NCBI GenBank assembly: GCA_016218765.1
Contig: JACRCZ010000074.1
Span: 5,827-69,826, forward strand
Reading direction: 5' to 3'
From: Deltaproteobacteria bacterium
GTDB taxonomy: Bacteria > Myxococcota_A > Polyangia > DRWM01 > JAAZOP01
Length of the DNA stretch: 64,000 bases
Shown here: piece by piece, positions 1 to 8,482 of the stretch
Position numbering within the stretch: position 1 is the first letter of the stretch
Layout of the letters: every line of letters starts with the position of its first letter
Position numbers and translations under genes: made by a program
The notes under the pieces: model-generated
What the model was told of the DNA's origin: nothing
The model's input: the letters and a program-made list of their open reading frames with translations, nothing else
Databases searched by the model: none

Positions 1-2
1 CC

Positions 3-491
3 GTCGAACCACCGCCGCCCGTCGAACCGCCACCGCCCGTCGAACCACCGCCGCCCGTCGAGCCACCGCTCGTCGTCGAGGACGAGGACGACGGCATCTC
101 GCCGGCGTGGTGGAAGACGCTGGCCAACGTCGCGGGCGCGCTCGCCGTGGGCGGCGCCATCACCGGCGGCCTCGAGCTGTGGAAGGAGTCGCAGTTCGAG
201 ACGGCGGTCGACGACTGCCGGCGCGGCATTCCGTCGGCCTGCTCCGAAGGCTACGACATCGCTTCGGACGGCGAGGCTCTTGGGGCCACGACGACGGCGC
301 TGCTGATCGTGGCGGGCGTGACGGCCGCGGTCGCCGTGACGCTGGTGTTCTTCACGGATTTCGATGACGACGAGGAAGAGGCCGCGGACGCGCCGGCGCC
401 GCCCGCGGTATCGGTGGGCTTCGGCCCGGCGCTCGATCCCGTGTCCGGCAGCGCCTCCGGCGGCTTCTTCGAGACGACGATTCGCTTCTGA
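3..491 (+). CDS. 3' part of a Pro-rich membrane/secreted protein (5' end outside window)
   Basis: Frame is open from base 3: (VEPPPP)x3-4 linker, two hydrophobic segments (LANVAGALAVGGAITGG, ALLIVAGVTAAVAVTLVFF), and a terminal ...TTIRF. This resembles tails of myxobacterial PEGA/TPR proteins. Confidence 0.7.
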   Translation, partial: VEPPPPVEPPPPVEPPPPVEPPLVVEDEDDGISPAWWKTLANVAGALAVGGAITGGLELWKESQFETAVDDCRRGIPSACSEGYDIASDGEALGATTTALLIVAGVTAAVAVTLVFFTDFDDDEEEAADAPAPPAVSVGFGPALDPVSGSASGGFFETTIRF

Positions 492-503
492 CGGGTGACG
501 ACG

Positions 504-785
504 ATGGCACAGCGGCTGTTGCGACTGGTTCTGGGAGTCCTGGCGGGCGCCGCCGTGGCGGGGTGCTTCCCCGAATTCGACCGCGGGTTGCTGACCGACG
601 CGCTTCTTTGCGAACCACCCTGCCCGTCCGGGATGGTCTGTCTGGGCGACGCCGAGTGCGCGCTCCCGGGCGCGGACGCCGACGCCGACACGGAGGCGGA
701 CGCCGACGCGGACGCCGACGCGGACGTGGACTCGACGTACGGAGAGGTTGACGCGGCGCCCGAGGATTCGGCGGGGGGGTCTTGA
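504..785 (+). CDS. Small Cys-containing lipoprotein with (DA)n acidic tail
   Basis: Signal MAQRLLRLVLGVLAGAAVAG-C with lipobox, a CEPPCPSGMVCLGDAEC module and ADADAD repeats. Confidence 0.6.
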   Translation: MAQRLLRLVLGVLAGAAVAGCFPEFDRGLLTDALLCEPPCPSGMVCLGDAECALPGADADADTEADADADADADVDSTYGEVDAAPEDSAGGS

Positions 786-898
786 ACGCTCCGCGGACTC
801 GTCGCCGACCGGCGCCTGGAGGCGCCGGCTGCACCACCAGGCCTGCTGCGCAAGCTCCAGCCTCGCTTTCGGTGTCAGCCCGCGAAGCATGCTTCCTC

Positions 899-3800
899 AT
901 GCAACCCGTTGCTTCAGCCCCGGGACGGGTGCTCCCCGCACTCCCCGCACTTTCCGCACTCCCCGCACTCCCCGCACTCCCCGCACTCCCCGCACTCCCC
1001 GCACTCCCCGCTCTCCCCGCTCTCGCCGCACTTTCCGCACTCCTCCTCGCCTCTTCCGCCGCGGCCCAGCCGTGGCCCATGGCGCGCCATGACGCCGCGC
1101 GCTCCGCGCGCTCCGAGCCCGTCGCTCCGCTCTCGGCCCCCGGCGAAGCGTTCGCGCTCGCCGTCGGCGGGGTACTCGGCGCGGACGAGCTGCGCGTGGC
1201 GGACGTGGACCTCGACGGCCTGCCGGAGACGCTCTTCCCCGCCGGCCGGCGCGTCCGCGCGCGGCGCGCCGGCGGCGACCTGCTCTGGGCCTCGGAGGAC
1301 GCCGGCGCGTGGTGGATGCTCGGCACCGCGGACTTCGACGGCGACGGGCGGCCCGAGGTCGCCGTCGCGACCGTCGCACCAGGCGTCGCGTTCCTCGACG
1401 GCCTCCGCGGCCGAACGGTCTTCGCGAGCGCCGCCGGCGACGTCTCCACGCTCGGCACCATCCTTCCCCTCGACGTCGAGGGCGACGGCGCGGTCGAGCT
1501 GTACGTCGCCGACGACGGCTGCTCCCACGACGGGCGAGGCTCGGGCCGGATCTACGGCCTGGCCGGCGGCGTCGCGACCCGCACCGTCCTGCGCACGGAG
1601 ACCCACGACTTCTGGTGCGGCCGCGACCACGTCGTCGCCGACCTGGACGGCGACGGGCGACCGGAGGTCGTCGCGCCCGACGAGGACCGGGTGTGGGCGT
1701 ACGACCCGGCGAGCGGCTTCTCCACACATGCCTCCCGCACGCTCGATTCGTTCCCCGTCGGCCTGGTCCACACCGCCGTCGCCGACCTCGATCGGGACGG
1801 CGACGACGAGCTGATCCTGGCGAGCGACAATCCGTGGCGGTGGTACGCCGCGGCCCGCAGGCTCCAGGTCCTCGACGCCGACGGCGACGAGCTGGCGTCG
1901 AGCTGGATCGTCCGCGTCAGCCCCGAAGCGGGCGGACATCGGTACCTCGACGCACCCGCGGCCGACGTCCTGGCCTCCTCCGCGGGTCTGGAGGTCGTCT
2001 CCTCCATCGCGGATTCCGCGTCGTCCGGGTGGGAGGTGCGCGTCTTCCGCGGTCTCTCGGACGACGGGGAGGAGAGCGTCCTCGCCGCGATCCCCGACGT
2101 GGTCGCGCTCGGCCTGGCCGACGTCGACGGCGACGGTCTCTCGGAAATCCTGGCCCGGCCCGCGCCCGACTTCGTCCTGGATTCCGGACCGTCGGCCATC
2201 GCCGCGTTCCATGTGCGCGAGGACGGCACCGCGGAGGAGCTGTGGAGCGTCCCGGCAAGCCGTCTCCCGCTGCTGCCGGACCCGGAGAGCACGGACTCCG
2301 CTCTCCCCGCGGCAGGAGGCGACGGCTGGGGCGGCCCGGCACGCCCCGTCGTCCGCGAGGGGCCCGCGGGGCTGCCGGCGGTATTGGTGGAATCGGACGG
2401 CGACGGCGACGGCGTCTCCGACCGCCTGACGCTGCTCGACGGCCCGACCGGAGCGGAGCTGGCGCGCTGGAACGACCCCGATTCGGCGCTCGGTCCCGGC
2501 GGCATCGTCGCCGTCGCTCGCGCCTCGGGCGCGGACGTCTGGCTCGCGGCGGCGACGGAGAGCGCCCGCGTCGCGCACTTCCATGCCGGGCTCGTGCTGT
2601 CCAACGACGCCGACGGCGGGGACGTTCCCGACGTCGTCGCCGCGAACCGCGCGGCGACTCCGCCGATCGTGCCGTCCGGCACCACCATCGTCGCCGCCGA
2701 AGCCGGGGGCCGCGTCTCGTTCCTCGGCGAATCCTGCGCTGCGGTGGTCTGCGGACCGGCGCAGCGCTCATCTGCGCGACTCCTGTCGAGCGAACCCCGG
2801 GTCGCGGGCGCCGCGTGCGACTGCGCGGCTGACCCGTTCCTCGTCGGCGCGTCCCGCACGCGCGAAGGTCATGCCGCGGTGGCGCTCGTCCCCCCCACGG
2901 ACGGCACCCCGTTGATGATCGATCTCGGTCGCGCGGTCGAGCCGGTGGCCGACGCGCTGCCGGTCGGACCGCTGGATCCCGAGTTCCCGGAGTGGGACGC
3001 CGTGGCCCTGGCGCTCTACGATCCGTCTTCGAACCGGTCGTCGCTGGCGCTGGTCTCGACCGGCGGCGCGCGCACACGGTGGCTCGGACTCGACGCCGAC
3101 GGCACGGTGCGCGGCCCACTGGCCGTCGCCGACCTCGACGGGGACGGAGCCGACGAGCTGCTCGCCGTCCGCGACGGCTTCCTTCAAGTCGTCTCGTCGA
3201 GCGGGGATGAGATCCTGCGGCGGGAAGCGTGGGGCGGAGGGTCCGTCCTGGCGTGGGACGTCGGCGAAGGACGACCCGCGATCTTCCGCACGGGGGCCGA
3301 TTCCTTCGCGGTGGAGCGGCTGGACGTCGAACTCGAGCGCGTCTGGATCGCGGGAGAGGGGACGTCGCACCGGGGCCGGTACGCGGCGATGGCGGGTGGC
3401 GGGGACGGTACGTTCCGCCTGGGTGTGGTGGCGGAGGCGTCGGCGGAGCTGGCGGCCTACGCCGCGTCGGACGGCACGATCCTGTGGCGCACCGCCCTGG
3501 CCGGGGGCAGCGCCTACCCCGACGTCGCCGCGGCGTACGCCGCCGGCGCCCGGCCGGGCGTCCTGTCGAGCCCGGCGACGGCTTCCTCGCTCGAGCCGGG
3601 CCTAGCCGACACGCTGGTCGTGGGCTCGAGCGACGGCTTCCTCTACGGCGTTTCGGCGGCCGACGGCAGTCTGGCGTGGTCGGTCGCGCTGCACGCGGCA
3701 GTCGGCGAGCCCGTGGTCGTGCCGTTCGACGATCCGCGGGGCGCTCCCGAGCCGTGGACCGCCGTGCTGGCGCCCGCCGCCGACGGGCAGGTGCACGTGA

Positions 3801-5872
3801 TCGGCGAGGCGACACTTGCGGCGCCGGCGGAAGTCTGGGACGGGGACGGCGTGGCCGATCCGGCATCGGAGTCGGACGATATCGACGAGTCGCACGACGG
3901 GGCCGTCGCGGCCGCGGCCTGGCCGGCCTCGCCGGAGGCGACGGCGTACCTCGTGCAGCTCGTGACGGGCGACGACGTCGTCGTGCGCCCCTGGTTCCGG
4001 ACGGAGGAGCCCCGCTTCGCGGTGCGGGACCTGGCGTTGCGACCGCACGAGACGTACCGCGTCGCGGTGCGGGCCGTGTCTTCCGGTTCGTTCTCCCCCG
4101 AGACGTCTTCCGACGGCTTCACCGTCGTCGACGCGGACGCCCCGTGGGTCGAGGTGACCGCGCGGCCGGGGCGGATCCTGCCGGATGTCGATGGTGTGGA
4201 CGATGACAGCGCGATCGGGGCCGTGCTGTCGGACGCGATCCTGCTGGTGCGGTGGCGGGCGGAGGTGCAGGATGCCGCCGGCGAGGTGGTGAGGACGCTC
4301 GGTCGCGGCGAGACGGGGCGGCGGCGTCTGGACGTTTCCTCGCTCTGGGACGGTCGGGATGACGGGGGGCGTGTGGTGGCCGGGGGGCCGTGGCGGGTGG
4401 TGGTCGTGGCGGAGGATTCGGCCGGACGAGAGGGTCGGGGCGAGACGACGGTGTGGGTGTGCGCGGGGTCCGCGCTCTCGGAGCCGGTTTGCGCCGCGGG
4501 CGGCGCGGACGCGGGAGCCGGGGACGGCGGTCCCGACGGCGCGCCGGACGCGGCGGACGGTGCGGGTGGCGACGCCGGGGTCGTCCCCGTCGCCGGCGGT
4601 GGCTGCGCGTGCCGGGCCGGGACGCAGACGGGGCCGGGAGGGGCGATCGCGCTGCTGGCGGGCGCGATCCTGATCCTGCGGCGCCGGGCCGTAGCGAGGC
4701 TTCGCCCGCACGGCCGCAACAGGCAGCCGGCCACAGGCAACCGGCAGCCGGCAATGATCATCGCCCGTTGCCGGTTGCCGGTCGCCTGTTGCCTGTTTCC
4801 CGCCCGCACACGCCTCGGAACCACTCCGGTCAAATGGATAGCCCGGTCTCCCGCATCCCCCCGCGCCGCCGCGTCGTGGTTCGGTCTCGCGGCCCTGTTG
4901 GCCGCGCTCCTCTCCTGCTCCGCGCCGCCGCCGCCGGGAACGATCGCGCCGGTGGATCCGCTCGGGCCGAGGCGCGACGCCGCGGCGCAGGCGCCGGCGG
5001 ATGCCGGAGCGACGGTCGAGACCGACACGGAGGAGCCGGCGGAAGAAGACGCCGCCGGCACGACCATGCCGGCCGGCGATGCCGGTACGGCGGCGACGCC
5101 GGAAACGACGGGCGGGCCGGAAGCGGCCGCGCCCGCGGATGCGGGGGGAACGCCCGAGGCCGGAGCGGAAGCAATCGCCGGCGGCGACGTCGCGGCGTCC
5201 GGGGATTCCGCCGGATCGCGCCCGCCCGTTCCGCCGCCTTCGGACGATCTTTCGGCCGTCGTACTGCGGCTCGGTTGCAGCGTGATCACCGAGGGCCAGC
5301 TCCAGCGCTCGGTGCGGCTGGTCCGCGTCTTCGCCGGGCTCGCCGGCCGCGAGACGACCGCCGAGGATGACGCGCGGCTCCGGGAGATCGCGCTGGAACG
5401 GCTCGGCCTGGAGCTGATCGTGCGGCGCGAGGCGGCGGCGCGGGAGCTGACGGCGACCCCGGCGGAGGTCCAGGCGGCGGCCGCGATGGTGGCGCAGGGC
5501 AACGGCGTCGAGGTCTCGGCGTTGTTCCTGGCCGTGGAGGACCAGGGCCTGTCGAACGCGGAGTACGAGGCGGATCTCGAGTTCCAGATCCTGGAGATGA
5601 AGGTGATCCAGGCCTACGCCGGCGAGGTCCCGGTCGTGGTGACCGACGCGGAGATCGAGGCCGAGTACCTGGCCCGCACGGCGGGGCTGGACGCCTCGAC
5701 GATCCGCCCGCTGGCGGACGTGCGCGACGTCCTGCGCGAGGACCTCGCGGCGGACAAGGTCGAAATCCAGGGCCGCGAGTGGCTGATGCGGCGGCGCGAC
5801 GAGCTGGAACGCACCCGCGCCGTGCGCGGCTCGGGCGGCGGCTGCGTGGAGCAGCCGGGGGAATCCCCGTAG
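899..5872 (+). CDS. Large surface protein (FG-GAP/VCBS repeats, PQQ-like propeller, FN3-like and FlgD-Ig-like domains, MYXO-CTERM) reading in frame into a SurA-N-domain lipoprotein
   Basis: Repeated DxDGDGxxE motifs; WPMARHDAARS; VVGSSDGFLYGVSAADG; WDGRDDGGRVVAGG; GGGCACRAG...ALLAGAILILRRR at about 4596-4690; then LLAALLS-C and a SurA-N-like region (VITEGQL...VTDAEIEAEY). Start uncertain (782 TTG or 899 ATG). May be two genes. Confidence 0.75.
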   Translation: MQPVASAPGRVLPALPALSALPALPALPALPALPALPALPALAALSALLLASSAAAQPWPMARHDAARSARSEPVAPLSAPGEAFALAVGGVLGADELRVADVDLDGLPETLFPAGRRVRARRAGGDLLWASEDAGAWWMLGTADFDGDGRPEVAVATVAPGVAFLDGLRGRTVFASAAGDVSTLGTILPLDVEGDGAVELYVADDGCSHDGRGSGRIYGLAGGVATRTVLRTETHDFWCGRDHVVADLDGDGRPEVVAPDEDRVWAYDPASGFSTHASRTLDSFPVGLVHTAVADLDRDGDDELILASDNPWRWYAAARRLQVLDADGDELASSWIVRVSPEAGGHRYLDAPAADVLASSAGLEVVSSIADSASSGWEVRVFRGLSDDGEESVLAAIPDVVALGLADVDGDGLSEILARPAPDFVLDSGPSAIAAFHVREDGTAEELWSVPASRLPLLPDPESTDSALPAAGGDGWGGPARPVVREGPAGLPAVLVESDGDGDGVSDRLTLLDGPTGAELARWNDPDSALGPGGIVAVARASGADVWLAAATESARVAHFHAGLVLSNDADGGDVPDVVAANRAATPPIVPSGTTIVAAEAGGRVSFLGESCAAVVCGPAQRSSARLLSSEPRVAGAACDCAADPFLVGASRTREGHAAVALVPPTDGTPLMIDLGRAVEPVADALPVGPLDPEFPEWDAVALALYDPSSNRSSLALVSTGGARTRWLGLDADGTVRGPLAVADLDGDGADELLAVRDGFLQVVSSSGDEILRREAWGGGSVLAWDVGEGRPAIFRTGADSFAVERLDVELERVWIAGEGTSHRGRYAAMAGGGDGTFRLGVVAEASAELAAYAASDGTILWRTALAGGSAYPDVAAAYAAGARPGVLSSPATASSLEPGLADTLVVGSSDGFLYGVSAADGSLAWSVALHAAVGEPVVVPFDDPRGAPEPWTAVLAPAADGQVHVIGEATLAAPAEVWDGDGVADPASESDDIDESHDGAVAAAAWPASPEATAYLVQLVTGDDVVVRPWFRTEEPRFAVRDLALRPHETYRVAVRAVSSGSFSPETSSDGFTVVDADAPWVEVTARPGRILPDVDGVDDDSAIGAVLSDAILLVRWRAEVQDAAGEVVRTLGRGETGRRRLDVSSLWDGRDDGGRVVAGGPWRVVVVAEDSAGREGRGETTVWVCAGSALSEPVCAAGGADAGAGDGGPDGAPDAADGAGGDAGVVPVAGGGCACRAGTQTGPGGAIALLAGAILILRRRAVARLRPHGRNRQPATGNRQPAMIIARCRLPVACCLFPARTRLGTTPVKWIARSPASPRAAASWFGLAALLAALLSCSAPPPPGTIAPVDPLGPRRDAAAQAPADAGATVETDTEEPAEEDAAGTTMPAGDAGTAATPETTGGPEAAAPADAGGTPEAGAEAIAGGDVAASGDSAGSRPPVPPPSDDLSAVVLRLGCSVITEGQLQRSVRLVRVFAGLAGRETTAEDDARLREIALERLGLELIVRREAAARELTATPAEVQAAAAMVAQGNGVEVSALFLAVEDQGLSNAEYEADLEFQILEMKVIQAYAGEVPVVVTDAEIEAEYLARTAGLDASTIRPLADVRDVLREDLAADKVEIQGREWLMRRRDELERTRAVRGSGGGCVEQPGESP
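932..1039 (+). repeat. In-frame 9-bp tandem repeat (CTCCCCGCA x12, encoding LPA)
   Basis: 12 units read directly, several of them degenerate. Confidence 0.95.
4716..4797. repeat. Imperfect inverted repeat built from 7-bp tandem units
   Basis: Left arm AGGCAGC/CGGCCAC/AGGCAAC/CGGCAGC/CGGCAAT; right arm GTTGCCG/GTTGCCG/GTCGCCT/GTTGCCT. Confidence 0.8.
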
Positions 5873-5908
5873 CGTCCGGGGATGCCGCGACGGAAGGAGG
5901 GTGAAGCG

Positions 5909-6877
5909 ATGGCCGAGAACAACGGGGAAGAGAAGAAGGACCTCGATCTGTTCGAGCTGTGCAGCGCGACGCTGCTCGGACTGGCCGCCGTCGGCGGCGC
6001 GTGGTCCGCGTACCAGGGCGACCTGTGGGGCGGCCAGTCCGTCGAGGCGTACGGCGAGGCGGCGACGATGACGACGCAGGCCGCGGGCGAGGCGACGACG
6101 AAGGCGACGTCGGTCGCCGCCGAGGCGACGAAGAAGATGACCGAGGTCTCGGGCACGGTCGCCACGCAGACCACCGGGATCTCGGGCGAAGCCGCGGTTG
6201 CGACGACGCAGGCGTCGACCGAGTTCGGCCTGCAGATCACGGTCATGGCCCGCGACTCCGCGCTGGACATCGACGCCAAGAAGCTCCTGTTCGAGGCGGC
6301 GACGACGCGCGACCGGACGACGGCCGAGCGCCAGTTCACGATCGCCAAGTACCTCTACACCCAGCAGCTCAGCGACGAGGCGTACCAGTCGCTCGGACTG
6401 TCGCCGGAGTTCCGCACCGAGGACCAGGAGAAGGCCTTCGAGATTCCGGTCGAGGCGTTGGCGGAGGCGGCGGACAAGGAGGTGGCGACCGAGGCGTACG
6501 TCGAGTCGATGCTGGGACCGGCGGTGGAGAAGTTCGACGCCGCGGAGACGGGCCTGGCGGAGGGCTTCGCCGCGGCGACCAAGACGCTCACGGACGGGTT
6601 CGGACAGGCGGCGCAGGGCCTGACCGATGGCTTCGCGGCGGCCAATACGATGCTGACGGACGGGTTCGCCAAGGCGGGCAAGCGGTTCGACGAGGGACGC
6701 GACGCGAACAACACCGGCGACAAGTTCGGCCTCGATTCGATTTTCTTCACCGTCTGCCTCTTCCTGGCCGGCATCGCGCTGGTCTTCAAGACCAAGGTCC
6801 GCTGGGCCTTCTTCGCGATCGGGGTGGCGAGCTTCGTGGGCGCCACCGCCTACCTCTTCACCATACCGTGGGCCTGA
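5909..6877 (+). CDS. Membrane protein (DUF4337-like; 1+2 TM) with an 11-residue-repeat helical ectodomain
   Basis: AAGGAGG RBS before ATG 5909; N-terminal TM ending AWSAYQ; two C-terminal TMs; hendecad repeats. Confidence 0.8.
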   Translation: MAENNGEEKKDLDLFELCSATLLGLAAVGGAWSAYQGDLWGGQSVEAYGEAATMTTQAAGEATTKATSVAAEATKKMTEVSGTVATQTTGISGEAAVATTQASTEFGLQITVMARDSALDIDAKKLLFEAATTRDRTTAERQFTIAKYLYTQQLSDEAYQSLGLSPEFRTEDQEKAFEIPVEALAEAADKEVATEAYVESMLGPAVEKFDAAETGLAEGFAAATKTLTDGFGQAAQGLTDGFAAANTMLTDGFAKAGKRFDEGRDANNTGDKFGLDSIFFTVCLFLAGIALVFKTKVRWAFFAIGVASFVGATAYLFTIPWA

Positions 6878-6937
6878 ACTTCGAATCCCGCGGTCCGTGA
6901 CCGTACGTCGGCCTTCCCGGACCGGCAGCCCCGCCGG

Positions 6938-6954
6938 GTTGCGGACGCCGCAAC
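6938..6954. terminator. Possible hairpin terminator between convergent genes
   Basis: GTTGCGG-ACG-CCGCAAC stem-loop with only a weak U-tract. Confidence 0.3.
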
Positions 6955-6971
6955 TCTTGGGCCGCCCTCCC

Positions 6972-7196
6972 CTACTGGTTGGCGTAGCTGTTGGAGGCCC
7001 CGCAGTCCGGGCACGTCCACGTCACGAAGTTGCAGGTCATCCCCCAGGCGTTCTCGTCCATGCACTCCTGGCAGATGCTGAACCCGCACGTGCAGCTCCA
7101 GCAGAACGCGACCTGACGGCGACAGCAACAGCACTCGTACTCGCGCTTCCGCCGCCGGGGCCGCGGACCTTCGGATGGATTCGGCTCGTCCGCCAT
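6972..7196 (-). CDS. 74-aa Cys-rich (12 Cys) putative metal-binding protein
   Basis: GAGGAGG RBS upstream of ATG 7196; motifs CCCC, CWSCTC, CQEC and CPDC. Confidence 0.75.
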   Translation of the reverse strand: MADEPNPSEGPRPRRRKREYECCCCRRQVAFCWSCTCGFSICQECMDENAWGMTCNFVTWTCPDCGASNSYANQ

Positions 7197-7260
7197 CGCT
7201 GCTCCGGCCTCCTCGCCGGGCGCCGACCGATACCACGCAGGCCTCCGCCGCACCACCCCC

Positions 7261-7375
7261 CGCTTCCCCCGCACTTCCCGCACTTCCCCCGCACTTCCCC
7301 CGCACTTCCCGCACTTCCCCCGCACTTCCCGCACTTCCCCCGCACTTCCCCCGCACTTCCCCCGCACTTCCCCCT
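7261..7375. repeat. Intergenic tandem array of GCACTT x10 separated by C3 or C5 tracts
   Basis: Read directly; C-tract lengths 5,3,5,5,3,5,3,5,5,5,5. Confidence 0.95.
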
Positions 7376-7465
7376 CTCCTTCCACTTTCTCCCCTTTCGC
7401 GCGAACTCATGCGACGCCCGGGCCATGGGGTCCGCGTCCGAACCTCGCGGACGGGAGGTGGAGAC

Positions 7466-8479
7466 ATGACGATCCGCATGCTCTTCGTGATCGGCGCGCC
7501 GCGCTCGGGAACGACGATGCTCGAGCGCATGCTGTCGGCGCATTCGCAGATCCAGGGCGGGCCGGAGCCGCACCTGCTGACGCCGCTGGCGCACCTGGGC
7601 GTCTGGGCCAAGGTCGACAAGGCGCCGTACGACCACATCCTGGCGGCCGAGTCCCAGAAGCTGTTCGTGGACCAGCTCCCGCGCAAGGAGCAGGACTACT
7701 GGGACGCGTGCCGTGCGTACTGCGACGTGATCTACGGGCGGTACCTCCAGCCGGGCGGCAAGTCGATCTGCCTGGACAAGACGCCGGCGTACGGCCTGAT
7801 CCTGCCGTTCATGGCCAAGGTGTTCCCGGACGGGAAGTACGTGGTGCTGACCCGGCATCCCGCGGCGATCTTCTCGTCGTTCGCGAACTCGTTCTTCGAC
7901 GGCGACTACGCGGAGGCGCACAAGTTCAACCCGATCCTCGAGCGCTACATCCCCGCGATGGCGGCGTTCCTGCGACAGAGGGAAGTCCCGTTCTTCCACG
8001 TGAAGTACGAGGAGCTGGTGAGCGCGCCGGAGACGTGGTTCGAGCGCATCTGCGGGTACGTCGGGGTTCCGTTCGAGGCGCAGGCGATTGAGTACGGCAA
8101 GGAGGGCGGCGAGGCGCCGCGCCCGCAGGGACTCGGCGATCCGATCGGGGTCGGGCAGCACAAGCGGCCGTCGAAGGCGTCGCTCGACAAGTGGCCGAAG
8201 GAATTCGCGCAGGACCCGGCGAAGCTGGAGCTGGTGCGCAAGATGGTGGAGCGGATCGACCCCGACGACCTGCGGACGTTCGGTTACGAGCCGGGCGACC
8301 TTTGGAAGCCGATGGAGTCGGTGAAGGCCGGCAAGCCGCCCAAGCCGCCCAAGCTCACCCGCTACCGCTTGGAGCGCAAGATGATCATCCACCTGCGCAA
8401 CCACGCACAGCAAGGCGGCCCCTTCCGCCGGCTGCTGGAAAAGGCCCGCCTGGCCTGCGACGTGCTGCTGCGGGAGTAA
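7466..8479 (+). CDS. PAPS-dependent sulfotransferase family protein
   Basis: 5'-PSB loop FVIGAPRSGTTML, DKTP, 3'-PB motif LTRHPAAIFSS, VKYEELV; GGAGG RBS. Confidence 0.9.
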   Translation: MTIRMLFVIGAPRSGTTMLERMLSAHSQIQGGPEPHLLTPLAHLGVWAKVDKAPYDHILAAESQKLFVDQLPRKEQDYWDACRAYCDVIYGRYLQPGGKSICLDKTPAYGLILPFMAKVFPDGKYVVLTRHPAAIFSSFANSFFDGDYAEAHKFNPILERYIPAMAAFLRQREVPFFHVKYEELVSAPETWFERICGYVGVPFEAQAIEYGKEGGEAPRPQGLGDPIGVGQHKRPSKASLDKWPKEFAQDPAKLELVRKMVERIDPDDLRTFGYEPGDLWKPMESVKAGKPPKPPKLTRYRLERKMIIHLRNHAQQGGPFRRLLEKARLACDVLLRE

Positions 8480-8482
8480 CGA

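Noticed and set aside
7261-7375. Possible CRISPR array (also 48702-48776 and 932-1039)
   Set aside because: Units are 9-17 bp and contiguous, with no unique spacers and no cas genes.
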